Source: Candidatus Iainarchaeum sp.
GTDB lineage: Archaea; Iainarchaeota; Iainarchaeia; Iainarchaeales; JAZDEL01
Assembly: GCA_043808785.1 (NCBI GenBank)
Contig: JAZDEL010000001.1
Coordinates: forward strand, 1 to 32,000
Direction: 5' to 3'
Length of the DNA: 32,000 nt
This document shows, in pieces, positions 1-7,552 of the stretch. The position numbers were made by a program, and so were the translations under genes. How positions within the stretch are numbered: the first letter of the stretch is position 1; the number at the start of each line of letters is the position of its first letter. The notes below the pieces were generated by a model. It searched no databases and was not told where the DNA came from. It worked only from the letters and a program-made list of their open reading frames with translations.

Positions 1-189
1 ACCCTCTCGTGCGTTTTGGTCGGCACCTATGACGTGATGTTCCTGGGTAAGTTCGGAAAGGCTGCGGAGCTGACGGCTTTCGTGGACGAGCTGCGCAAGG
101 ACGAAAACGTGGAGTATGCTGATTTGTTCTATGTTCCAGAAATGAGGGTCGAGAGGCCTATGCCCTTCCCGCTGTCTGCTGAGCCATAG
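1..189 (+). CDS. Partial CDS (3' end): Lrp/AsnC-type regulator, C-terminal ligand-binding domain
   Basis: Frame 1 is open from the window edge to TAG at 187-189 (absent from the track because there is no start in the window). It translates ...LVGTYDVMFLGKFGKAAELTAFVDELRKDENVEYADLFYV..., which resembles the G-x-YD...fv..l....V pattern of the Lrp/AsnC C-terminal domain. Confidence 0.45.
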   Translation, partial: TLSCVLVGTYDVMFLGKFGKAAELTAFVDELRKDENVEYADLFYVPEMRVERPMPFPLSAEP

Positions 190-433
190 CCATTCTTCTC
201 AGCGCGGTGCCGATTTCAGCAGAAATTAAATCGTTCGCTTCCGTGCCCGAAATTTTTCCTATGGAGTGCTGACGTTGTATCTCTCCGAACTTCAGCCCGA
301 ACTCGTGGTCGCGCTGCTTCAAAATGTTGATTGCGTAAAAGGCGCGTTTCGCCTTGTATAGTTCAGGGCCCCACATCTGCCTGTAGTGCGGCAGGTCGTA
401 TGGGTGGCGCGGCTTTCTCTCAACCGTGGGCAT
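158..433 (-). CDS. Hypothetical protein (91 aa)
   Basis: ORF from the track. A TATA-like cttaaatat (reverse complement of 461-469) lies about 30 nt upstream of the ATG. No family motif recognised. Its 3' end overlaps the convergent partial CDS by 32 nt. Confidence 0.4.
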   Translation of the reverse strand: MPTVERKPRHPYDLPHYRQMWGPELYKAKRAFYAINILKQRDHEFGLKFGEIQRQHSIGKISGTEANDLISAEIGTALRRMAMAQQTAGRA

Positions 434-488
434 AAAACCGCTATATTGTAGGGCTAAGTGATATTTAAGGGTTTATTTTGTTTGGGAA

Positions 489-546
489 TTCTGCCATGCC
501 AGAAGAATTGCCCTGAAAATAGCCATAATATGCTGGCATGCCAGAA
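489..546. promoter_or_regulatory. Pair of palindromic CATGCCAGAA sites flanking a TATA-like box (candidate operator)
   Basis: ttctgCCATGCCAGAA at 489-504 (imperfect palindrome) and CTGGCATGCCAG at 533-544 (perfect 12-bp palindrome). The CATGCCAGAA cores at 495-504 and 537-546 are 42 bp apart, with cataatat at 524-531 between them. Confidence 0.4.
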
Positions 547-567
547 CAAGGGTTCTGCGGCTCGTGA

Positions 568-771
568 ATGAATAAACTTAAAGGAATTTGGGCGGTATTT
601 CTTGGTATGTACACTTCTCAGGAACTCGCGAAATATTACCGAAAGGATAAAACCTTCAAGGCAGCTGTTCTCCGCAGTGCCAATGCCGTGTTTGCAGGAA
701 AGATAACAATGGAGCAGTACCACTGTAGAAATAACAAAGCGCTAAAGGCGGCAAAAGCGAGGGTAAATTAG
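568..771 (+). CDS. Hypothetical small basic protein (67 aa)
   Basis: ORF from the track. A TATA-like cataatat at 524-531 is flanked by two palindromic CATGCCAGAA sites. It competes with an antisense ORF at 454-723 that looks less protein-like. Confidence 0.3.
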   Translation: MNKLKGIWAVFLGMYTSQELAKYYRKDKTFKAAVLRSANAVFAGKITMEQYHCRNNKALKAAKARVN

Positions 772-784
772 ATAGCGACAATAG

Positions 785-1159
785 TTAACTTGGCAAACTC
801 AAATCAATTGGCGGCTTGCCCTTGTTCTTTTTCTCTTCTTTCTCCGCCTCTACGCATCGCTCCTTCATTTTCTTGTCCATCTTCTTGACGAGTTCCCCAA
901 TAAGCTTCTTATCTTTGCCCACGCTTTCAAGCAGGATTTTTTTGTAGCCGTTCCAAAAAGCGGTCGCGGAGATTTCCCTCTTGAGCAATTTGCTTTTCAA
1001 ATCAAGGACTTTCTCGGCAAACTTCCTGTCCAGCTGCATCTGGAACCTTGCGACCTCTTTCAGCATTTCCTGATATAGCATGAAGTCGGAAATTGGCGGG
1101 ATTCTCACATTTCCCCAAAATTCGCTTTTCAGTTCGATTACCATGCCGCGCAACCCCAA
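785..1159 (-). CDS. Hypothetical charged/helical protein (124 aa)
   Basis: ORF from the track. K/E-rich with predicted helical character. Divergent from the KaiC-like gene across a palindromic TATA element. Confidence 0.5.
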   Translation of the reverse strand: MGLRGMVIELKSEFWGNVRIPPISDFMLYQEMLKEVARFQMQLDRKFAEKVLDLKSKLLKREISATAFWNGYKKILLESVGKDKKLIGELVKKMDKKMKERCVEAEKEEKKNKGKPPIDLSLPS

Positions 1160-1172
1160 TACTCGTTCAATA

Positions 1173-1192
1173 ATATAAGCAAAGGCTTATAT
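1173..1192. promoter_or_regulatory. Palindromic double TATA element for divergent genes
   Basis: atataagc-aaag-gcttatat: an 8-bp inverted repeat, each arm TATA-like. It lies between divergent starts at 1159 (-) and 1213/1225 (+). Confidence 0.5.
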
Positions 1193-1212
1193 ATTTCTTT
1201 GCTTTATTAGTT

Positions 1213-1968
1213 GTGGGCATTGTGATGGTTGATAGGGTTTCAACAGGTATATCGGGTTTCGATAAACTGATAGAGGGCGGCTTGCCAAAAGGTTCGATTA
1301 CGCTTATTTCGGGAACGCCCGGAACGGGAAAAAGCATTTTCTGCTCGCAGATTGTTTACACAAACGCGCTGAAAGGGAAAAAGTGCCTTTACCTGAACCT
1401 TGAGCAGAATGAGGGCAGGCTCGAGGCGCAGATGAAGCAGTTCGGTCTGGACCCTGAAAAGGTTAAGAGCAACCTGAAGATTCGTGCGGCTGACTCTTCG
1501 AATGTCGAGACCATAAGGTATATTCTTGATGCGATACGGGAAACAAATTACGATTTGATTGTGCTTGATTCCCTGGATTCCATTTCCAGCACGCCTTTCG
1601 AAGGGGAAAAACTCGGCAAAATGGGGTTCGAAAAAATCGCCGAGGGCATTGTTCCCACCCCTTTGGATGCGCCTACAATCGGCAGGATGAAACTGAAAAA
1701 AATCTTCACCGCAATAGCGGAAAGCAAGGCGACTGCATTGGTAACGAGCGAAAGGGTTGAGGGGGCGCAGGGAATAAGCAGGGACACTATTTCCGAGTTT
1801 TTGTGTGATGGCATAATTGTGCTGACTTTTTCCAGTGCTGCTGGCGGGGGAAATAGAACTTTGGAAATCCGCAAAATGAGGCTTACAGACTTTGCAGAAG
1901 GAATAGTGCCGCTGGATTTTGCCAAGGGCGGCATTAAGGTGACGCCCCTTGAAGAAGAAAGATTATAG
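1213..1968 (+). CDS. KaiC/RadA-like RecA-superfamily ATPase (single domain)
   Basis: ISGFDKLIEGGLPKGSITLISGTPGTGKS (Walker A) and LIVLDSLD (Walker B), typical of archaeal COG0467 KaiC-like proteins. The start may be GTG 1213 or ATG 1225. Confidence 0.85.
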   Translation: MGIVMVDRVSTGISGFDKLIEGGLPKGSITLISGTPGTGKSIFCSQIVYTNALKGKKCLYLNLEQNEGRLEAQMKQFGLDPEKVKSNLKIRAADSSNVETIRYILDAIRETNYDLIVLDSLDSISSTPFEGEKLGKMGFEKIAEGIVPTPLDAPTIGRMKLKKIFTAIAESKATALVTSERVEGAQGISRDTISEFLCDGIIVLTFSSAAGGGNRTLEIRKMRLTDFAEGIVPLDFAKGGIKVTPLEEERL

Positions 1969-2974
1969 TGCCAAGTCTATTCGAGAGGACCGAACAATTG
2001 GCGGAATGGTAGATGCCAGCACTGAATTTTTTGAGGGAAACGTCAGGCAAATTATAGAAAACGAAATTGAGACCTATGTCGGCGCTTGGCCTTTAAAGAA
2101 AGCTTTTTTGGATTCGATAGAGGGCGGAAAACGGCTTAGGGCTTTTGCCACCTATTTATTTTACAGATTAGCCGACGGAAAAAAAGAAAACGGGGCGCAA
2201 ATTGCCGCCGCTATGGAGTTAATCCACTGTGCGAGCCTCGTTATCGATGATGAATTAGACAAGCGAAATGTCAGGCCAGACAGGAATGTCCCAACAATGA
2301 GGGGCAAATACTCTCCTGAGGAAGCCATGATGGTAATGGCTTTAGATGTCTTGTTTGCGGAAAACTTGGTAGTCAAAGCGACGGAAGAATTCAGTCTTGA
2401 AAAGAAAAACAAAATAAGGGATTTATTTGTCCGAACAGTATGCGATGGCGGAATGGGGGAAATACTGAAGTGGAAATACATCCAAGACAGAAAAATCCCG
2501 ACAAAAAAAACATATTGGCAGGAGTTGGTAAGGTCTTCGGGGGCGTTGTTCTTCCAGATGGCTTGCGAGATCGGGGCGCTGACCGCAACGGACGACAAGC
2601 AAAAAATAAACAAAATAACCCTTATTGGCTATAAATTGGGCGAACTATTGCAGGCCGGCGACGACATCAAGGACATAAAGGAAGATATGAGGGACGGATT
2701 CTATTCTCTTGGCGTGATAAATTATTATGAATCCCTAAGCGGGGCGAATAAAGCCGCATTTGAAAAAAAATTGAAACAGGGGTTCAGCGAGCAGGAGCTT
2801 GATTCGGTGTATGCCGAAATAATCCACTCTGCGGCGATGGAAAAAACATTCCATGAACTCAGGCAAAAGGGGAAAGAGATTTTGGAACTGCTGGGCGGGT
2901 TTAATGATTCGAAGGAGAAAAAGATTTTGGTAGGTATTGTAGAATTCCTGACTGATAGGATGGCGCTTACGTAA
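1949..2974 (+). CDS. trans-Polyprenyl diphosphate synthase (GGPP/FPP synthase family)
   Basis: Two Asp-rich motifs: LVIDDELDKRNVRPDR (first DDxxD) and AGDDIKD (second DDxxD). Overlaps the upstream gene by 20 nt, so the start is uncertain. Confidence 0.85.
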   Translation: MKKKDYSAKSIREDRTIGGMVDASTEFFEGNVRQIIENEIETYVGAWPLKKAFLDSIEGGKRLRAFATYLFYRLADGKKENGAQIAAAMELIHCASLVIDDELDKRNVRPDRNVPTMRGKYSPEEAMMVMALDVLFAENLVVKATEEFSLEKKNKIRDLFVRTVCDGGMGEILKWKYIQDRKIPTKKTYWQELVRSSGALFFQMACEIGALTATDDKQKINKITLIGYKLGELLQAGDDIKDIKEDMRDGFYSLGVINYYESLSGANKAAFEKKLKQGFSEQELDSVYAEIIHSAAMEKTFHELRQKGKEILELLGGFNDSKEKKILVGIVEFLTDRMALT

Positions 2975-3037
2975 TTCCAAATGTGCGCAGGTAATCGTGT
3001 TCTTATATCAAAGATTCGCAGTTATCAAGCGCAGGTT

Positions 3038-3763
3038 TTAGACTATCTTCTCAGAGGCAAGGTAGTTTCGCTCATTAAATAGGGCGCGCTTGTCCCTATT
3101 TTGCATCATTTTCTTAACTTCTGCGGGGAAGTCAGTCTTTTTCTCAATCTCAAGAATCTTCGAGAGAAGTTCCTTTTGCCCTTTGTTCTTAATTTTTCCA
3201 AGTTTTTCTTCAAAGTGAGAAAGGCTCAAAGTTTCCATTGTGCATTTGGCATCGCCGCATGCAACACAACTGGTTTCCATCGTTATAAATTTTCTGCCAA
3301 CAAGTTGCTCCGCACAGCCCGCAACAAGGCCCGCTATCGCATAATCAACTGGAAATTTTTGGAATCCGAAAAATTTTGATAATTCTCGCCCTACTGGCGG
3401 GTCATAAAATTCAAAGGTAAGCCAGTCGTCTTCATAGTTTGTTTTGGCTACTTTTATATTGCCGTATCCGAATTGCTTTACAATAAGGCTTATTAGCGGG
3501 GCAACAATGTGCTTCCCTTTAATTAATGAACTTATCTTTGAGCCGAATATGTGCCCTGTAAGTTTCGCTGCCATATATTCCTGGGGGTAATACCCGCCCC
3601 CAAATTCGTCAACAAGCCTTTTCTGCAGGAATGCCCAATAGCAACTGGAAAACCAATTCATCCGTTCAGGTTCGCCGTTAGGCACCGCTATGAAATGCCT
3701 TCCGCCCTTATAGCGTATCTGCCTCTTAAAAAGCTCCTCGGCAACCCCTTCAAGAATTTCCAT
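3038..3763 (-). CDS. V4R-domain protein
   Basis: The C-terminal half has AGLVAGCAEQLVGRKFITMETSCVACGDAKCTMET, the E..C...GD..C signature of V4R domains. The track ORF extends to 3835, but that would overlap the divergent gene start. ATG 3763 (MEILEG...) sits about 25 nt from the TATA-like element at 3783-3792. Confidence 0.7.
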   Translation of the reverse strand: MEILEGVAEELFKRQIRYKGGRHFIAVPNGEPERMNWFSSCYWAFLQKRLVDEFGGGYYPQEYMAAKLTGHIFGSKISSLIKGKHIVAPLISLIVKQFGYGNIKVAKTNYEDDWLTFEFYDPPVGRELSKFFGFQKFPVDYAIAGLVAGCAEQLVGRKFITMETSCVACGDAKCTMETLSLSHFEEKLGKIKNKGQKELLSKILEIEKKTDFPAEVKKMMQNRDKRALFNERNYLASEKIV

Positions 3764-3780
3764 AGTATTAATATAATCTA

Positions 3781-3797
3781 TTAAGTATATTATTTTT
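3781..3797. promoter_or_regulatory. Shared A/T-rich TATA region for divergent V4R and LbH genes
   Basis: ttaagtatattattttt lies about 25 nt from both ATG 3763 (-) and ATG 3813 (+). Confidence 0.45.
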
Positions 3798-3812
3798 TGC
3801 TTTGGGGGTTCT

Positions 3813-5000
3813 ATGGGACTTGTGAGGAAAGGCAACTATCTTTTTCAGTTCTTGGCCAGAGAAGTGATAAATGACCTCTACGAAAGAATGTACTTGGATT
3901 GCAAAGGGCTGGAAGGATACACGGATAAAATAGGGGAAGACGTCTTTTCAGATGGGAAGGTGCATGCGGGGCTGGGTTCCGCAATAGGCGACCGCGCTCT
4001 GCTTAACGGCAACATAAAAGTGGGACGTAACACTTTTATTTCGCCGAGAGCGACAATTTGCGGCGATGTTTCAATAGGCTCGAACTGTTATATAGAGGCT
4101 GGGGCGGTTGTGTCAAGGAATGTCCCCGACAACACATATGCCTTCGGAAACCCGTGCACTTTCGGGAAAATGGCGAAAAGTTTCGTTCCGGAAATATACG
4201 ACGCGATAAAAGAGCCCCATAAAAAACCCACCAAGGATATTTCAAATTTCTTCGGAGTAACCTGCAAAATAGGGGCGAACACAAAATTCGGCAGGCAGGT
4301 GCATATTGAAGGCGGGGCAAAAATGGAATTCGGAGAGAACTGCAAAATAGGAAACCGCTGCATTTTCCTGAGCACGCAGCACCCGTACGGGCACAAGGAG
4401 GATTTAATTGAAACCGAGCAGCACTGGCATGATGTGAAGGTCGGCAATAATGTCGTAATTGAGGACAATTGCATAATCAGGGGCGGCGTCACAATAGGCG
4501 ATAATGCGGTAATAAAGGCGGGCAGTGTGGTGGCTAAAAACATAAGTGCGGGCTCTGTTTCTTCGGGTTCCCCTGCGAAACCCGATGGCGGCAGGATTTC
4601 CGAAGTTTCGGTAAAATTTCCGCACATTGCGAATGTGTGGGCAGTAACTGGGCACATGTACCCCGCGGTTGCATATTTCAACTGCTTCGGCAATGTTTCG
4701 GTCGGCCGCGAGGCATTAATCAACAACGAAATGATGGTTATCGGAAAGGGAACTGTGCACATCGGGGCAAAGAGCCTTGTAGGCCCCAGAGTTACACTAA
4801 TAACCGAAACCCCTGTCGATAAAGGCGACATAAAAATCGACAAGCACTGCTTCATAGGCGCGGGCGCGGTCATACTGCCAAACGTAACTGTGGAGAGGGG
4901 AGCGGTAGTAGGGGCGGGTTCGGTTGTTGATAATGACATAGGCAAAAATGAAATATGGGGGGGCAACCTTGCAAAAAAAATCAAGTCCAGGGCATATTGA
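3813..5000 (+). CDS. Left-handed beta-helix (hexapeptide-repeat) acyltransferase with three tandem LbH modules
   Basis: Repeated [LIV]-G-x-x-x-x hexapeptides. Three C-cap-like motifs: AGAVVSRNVPDNTYAFGNPC, AGSVVAKNISAGSVSSGSPAKP and AGSVVDNDIGKNEIWGGNLAKKI. Confidence 0.8.
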   Translation: MGLVRKGNYLFQFLAREVINDLYERMYLDCKGLEGYTDKIGEDVFSDGKVHAGLGSAIGDRALLNGNIKVGRNTFISPRATICGDVSIGSNCYIEAGAVVSRNVPDNTYAFGNPCTFGKMAKSFVPEIYDAIKEPHKKPTKDISNFFGVTCKIGANTKFGRQVHIEGGAKMEFGENCKIGNRCIFLSTQHPYGHKEDLIETEQHWHDVKVGNNVVIEDNCIIRGGVTIGDNAVIKAGSVVAKNISAGSVSSGSPAKPDGGRISEVSVKFPHIANVWAVTGHMYPAVAYFNCFGNVSVGREALINNEMMVIGKGTVHIGAKSLVGPRVTLITETPVDKGDIKIDKHCFIGAGAVILPNVTVERGAVVGAGSVVDNDIGKNEIWGGNLAKKIKSRAY

Positions 5001-5238
5001 AATAACAAAAACCTTAATCGGAACTGCGACATACGCAGTTTATTTTGTCTTCCTCAGGTATACTCTGCTGTATTATCCGATACTATTTGCCTACCGAAGG
5101 ATTGTTGATTTGCTCCCGAAAAATCTTAAGTTGAAATACCCGTTCATACAGATAATTATTTTAACTACGATTTTCTGCGCAGTCTATGTGCTGGCAATTA
5201 TCGCGATAATTTTTGCAGTCATTAATGCAATCAAATAA
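4948..5238 (+). CDS. Possible small membrane protein (96 aa)
   Basis: Two or three hydrophobic helices (YAVYFVFLRYTLLYYPILF, IIILTTIFCAVYVLAIIAIIFAVI). The 53-nt overlap with the upstream gene makes the start doubtful. Confidence 0.35.
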   Translation: MKYGGATLQKKSSPGHIEITKTLIGTATYAVYFVFLRYTLLYYPILFAYRRIVDLLPKNLKLKYPFIQIIILTTIFCAVYVLAIIAIIFAVINAIK

Positions 5239-5257
5239 AACTGCCGCCGATGGCACG

Positions 5258-5266
5258 CTTTATATT
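5258..5266 (+). promoter_or_regulatory. TATA-like box of the HD-domain gene
   Basis: ctttatatt is centred about 28 nt upstream of ATG 5290, consistent with a leaderless transcript. Confidence 0.45.
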
Positions 5267-5289
5267 CTTTTTACTATCTAATTATTGCA

Positions 5290-5880
5290 ATGACTAATGA
5301 TAAACCTGCCCTTTTCGCAGAGGTGCAACGGTTATTCAAAGGAAGGGTTGGAGCGCACGGCTTCGACCATGTTTTGCGCGTGTGCAAATACGCTTTAGAG
5401 ATTGCCGAAGAAGAAAAAGCGAACAAAAAAATTGTCGAGGCAATGGCCTTATTGCACGATATTGTCCGTTATGAGGGCGAGAAAGAAGAGGAAAGTGTTG
5501 CCGAAACTTTGGATGCGGCAAAAAGCATTCTTGAACGCACGGGCGGTTATTCTGCGGCTGAAATTCGGCATATTCTTGACGGCATAAAATCGCACTCTCT
5601 CCACTCAGAAATAAAAAGCGAGCCGCAGACTATCGAGGCGAAGATATTGTTCGATGCCGACAAAATGGATTCTGTCGGGCCGATTGGCATAGCCCGCTGG
5701 TTTACGACAATGGCGCCTAAAGGCATTCCGATTGGAAAAAGTGCCGAAATCTACCTCAGGACAATAAGGAGTATGGAAAAAAAACTTGGCGGCAAGCTCT
5801 ACACCAAAACCGCAACAAAAAAAATCAAAAATCTTGAATACACAAAAGAGTTTATGAAAGAGGTTATTCGGCAAATTTAA
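5290..5880 (+). CDS. HD-domain metal-dependent phosphohydrolase
   Basis: HGFDHVLRV ... LLHDIVR ... FDADKMD (the H...HD...D signature). TATA-like ctttatatt at 5258-5266, about 28 nt before the ATG. Confidence 0.85.
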   Translation: MTNDKPALFAEVQRLFKGRVGAHGFDHVLRVCKYALEIAEEEKANKKIVEAMALLHDIVRYEGEKEEESVAETLDAAKSILERTGGYSAAEIRHILDGIKSHSLHSEIKSEPQTIEAKILFDADKMDSVGPIGIARWFTTMAPKGIPIGKSAEIYLRTIRSMEKKLGGKLYTKTATKKIKNLEYTKEFMKEVIRQI

Positions 5881-5891
5881 ATGATGCCAAA

Positions 5892-6365
5892 ATGCGAACT
5901 GCCCAAAAACAAACCAATTTAAGCGTTTCAGTCCCCTCATTTTTTATGGATGTTTATTTCGCAATTCTGGCTTGGGATGTCATAAAATCTCCTATTAAGA
6001 GGGGCATAGCCTTGGCATTGGCTGGCGACGAAAGCTACCGAACCCCGCTTGAGGTCTCGGTTATTGTCGAGATGAAGCAGGGCGTGACATATGGCACCCC
6101 TGAAATAACTGACGCGCTGCGCGAGATGAAGGACATTGGCGCGGTTGAACACCATAGGGGGGCTTACCGCCTCTCGAAAATGTGGGTTGATTCAATGATT
6201 GAGTTCTTTGAGAAAGAGAGTGTACGGGTCGAGAAGGTTGATGACAGCGAGGCATACTTTAAGGGGTTAGTTGAGCGCCTGAAAAAGGCGGGTTTTATTA
6301 AGAAAGACGCCGAGATTGTGAACGGCACGCTAAAAAAGAGTGACTTTGTGACTGGCAAAGGTTAA
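5892..6365 (+). CDS. Hypothetical protein, possible winged-helix DNA-binding domain
   Basis: ORF from the track. The segment TPLEVSVIVE...ITDALREMKDIGAVEHHRGAYRLS resembles a recognition helix plus wing. Weak assignment. Confidence 0.45.
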   Translation: MRTAQKQTNLSVSVPSFFMDVYFAILAWDVIKSPIKRGIALALAGDESYRTPLEVSVIVEMKQGVTYGTPEITDALREMKDIGAVEHHRGAYRLSKMWVDSMIEFFEKESVRVEKVDDSEAYFKGLVERLKKAGFIKKDAEIVNGTLKKSDFVTGKG

Positions 6366-6396
6366 TAATAAAACCAATTCCTTCGCAGTTCTGTTA

Positions 6397-6801
6397 ATGC
6401 CTGAAAACATCAAAAAAAGGAAAAATGTGCCGAAGGCAATCCAGCTCAAGGTCTGGATGCGCGACAACTGGCACTGCCGTTACTGCGGGAAGCCGATGTT
6501 TTACGGGCCCGCGCTTAAACTGCTGGGCAGCCTGAACCCAAACCACAAATATTTCCACCCTAACGGAAAAGACGGAGAAATGCTTTCATTATTCGCAAAA
6601 GGCTGGGCAAGCGTTGACCATGTGAAGCCGTTCTCGCGGGAAGGAAAGGATGATATTGAAAACTACGTCTCCGCCTGCTGGGGATGTAACCTGAAATATG
6701 GCGACAGGGAGATTGGCAAAGGCAAGCTGAAACCGAGGGAAATCGTCGAGAGCGATTGGGACGGGTTTTACGGGTTGGTTGGAAAAATCAAACAACCGTA
6801 A
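6397..6801 (+). CDS. HNH endonuclease (stand-alone)
   Basis: WHCRYCGKPM ... VDHVKPFSREGKDDIENYVSACWGCNLKYGD, i.e. CxxC ... DH ... N ... CxxCN of the HNH beta-beta-alpha-Me fold. Confidence 0.85.
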   Translation: MPENIKKRKNVPKAIQLKVWMRDNWHCRYCGKPMFYGPALKLLGSLNPNHKYFHPNGKDGEMLSLFAKGWASVDHVKPFSREGKDDIENYVSACWGCNLKYGDREIGKGKLKPREIVESDWDGFYGLVGKIKQP

Positions 6802-6858
6802 TTCGTCAATAGACGAAACAAATAAAAGGATTTGCGGAGAAATCATTATTGTGTTGGA

Positions 6859-7188
6859 ATGGCGAAATTAAAGATTATAGCGGAATTTAAGAAAACCCCC
6901 CTTGAAAGAACAAGGAAAAATATCGCCAATGCGCCGGGCACAAAAGCCAAGGGCATCGGAATCTATGTCCTTTACCTCGGGGGGAAGATTGTGTATGCGG
7001 GAATTTCAAAAAGAAGCATCAGGTCCCGCCTGAAGGACCACAACAAGAGCGCTAGGAAGAAGTGGGACTCGTTCAATTACTGCAAACTTTCGCCCGATTA
7101 CAGGGGGTTCCTTACCCTTGACGAACTGGAAGAAGTTTTTATCAAGTTGCTCAACCCGAAGTTCAACATCATGAAGAAGAACGGGTAA
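6859..7188 (+). CDS. GIY-YIG domain nuclease (stand-alone, about 109 aa)
   Basis: GIGIYVLYLGGKIVYAGISKRSIRSRLKDH ... LEEVFIKLLNPKFN, giving GIY, Y-A-G, a conserved Arg, and the E...N tail. The track ORF starts at TTG 6832; ATG 6859 is preferred. Confidence 0.7.
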   Translation: MAKLKIIAEFKKTPLERTRKNIANAPGTKAKGIGIYVLYLGGKIVYAGISKRSIRSRLKDHNKSARKKWDSFNYCKLSPDYRGFLTLDELEEVFIKLLNPKFNIMKKNG

Positions 7189-7192
7189 TTGC

Positions 7193-7408
7193 ATGGACAA
7201 ATACGAACTCGCTGGCAAAATCGTTCTTGCGCCCAGCCCAGGCAAAATGATGAAACAAATAAGGGAAGAACGCGGAATCGGTCAGGGCGAACTTGCGAAG
7301 AAACTTGGGGTTAAGCAGAGCACGCTGAGCGACTACGAGGCGGGAAGGCGCGGGAGCCCGGGAACAGCGGTTGTGAAAAGGTTTGTCCAAAAAATTACGG
7401 AGGGGTAA
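7193..7408 (+). CDS. XRE-type helix-turn-helix DNA-binding protein (71 aa)
   Basis: MKQIREERGIGQGELAKKLGVKQSTLSDYEAGRR is a classic Cro/C1 HTH. Confidence 0.75.
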   Translation: MDKYELAGKIVLAPSPGKMMKQIREERGIGQGELAKKLGVKQSTLSDYEAGRRGSPGTAVVKRFVQKITEG

Positions 7409-7411
7409 ACT

Positions 7412-7519
7412 ATGGGTGAATTGCCAAAAGTAAAAATCGGAAAGAACGAATACTACGTCGACGATAGGCTGAAGCAGTTGAGGAATACGAAAAATCCGCA
7501 TGATTTTAAGGATTATTAA
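7412..7519 (+). CDS. Unannotated 35-aa micro-ORF (MGELPKVKIGKNEYYVDDRLKQLRNTKNPHDFKDY)
   Basis: My own translation. The ATG is 4 nt after the HTH stop and is preceded by GGAGGGG (7399-7405). It fills the gap between the HTH gene and the 241-aa gene. Below the track's length cutoff. Confidence 0.3.
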   Translation: MGELPKVKIGKNEYYVDDRLKQLRNTKNPHDFKDY

Positions 7520-7552
7520 GGGCAGCATGCGCGGAAGTTCTGGGGGCATTAA

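Noticed and set aside
454-723. 89-aa minus-strand ORF overlapping the 568-771 ORF and the palindromic sites
   Set aside because: It would run through the putative promoter/operator region. The Cys/His/Phe-rich sequence does not look like a protein. Neither ORF here is strongly supported.
4088-5032. 314-aa minus-strand ORF (and 4036-4320, 4404-4655) antisense to the LbH transferase gene
   Set aside because: The translation is low-complexity (S/T/P/A/F-rich) with no motif. The plus strand carries unmistakable hexapeptide-repeat and GNPA-cap motifs. Hexapeptide genes commonly cast long shadow ORFs.
7169-7549. 126-aa minus-strand ORF
   Set aside because: It is antisense to the clear XRE-HTH gene and the SD-preceded micro-ORF, and it has no motif.
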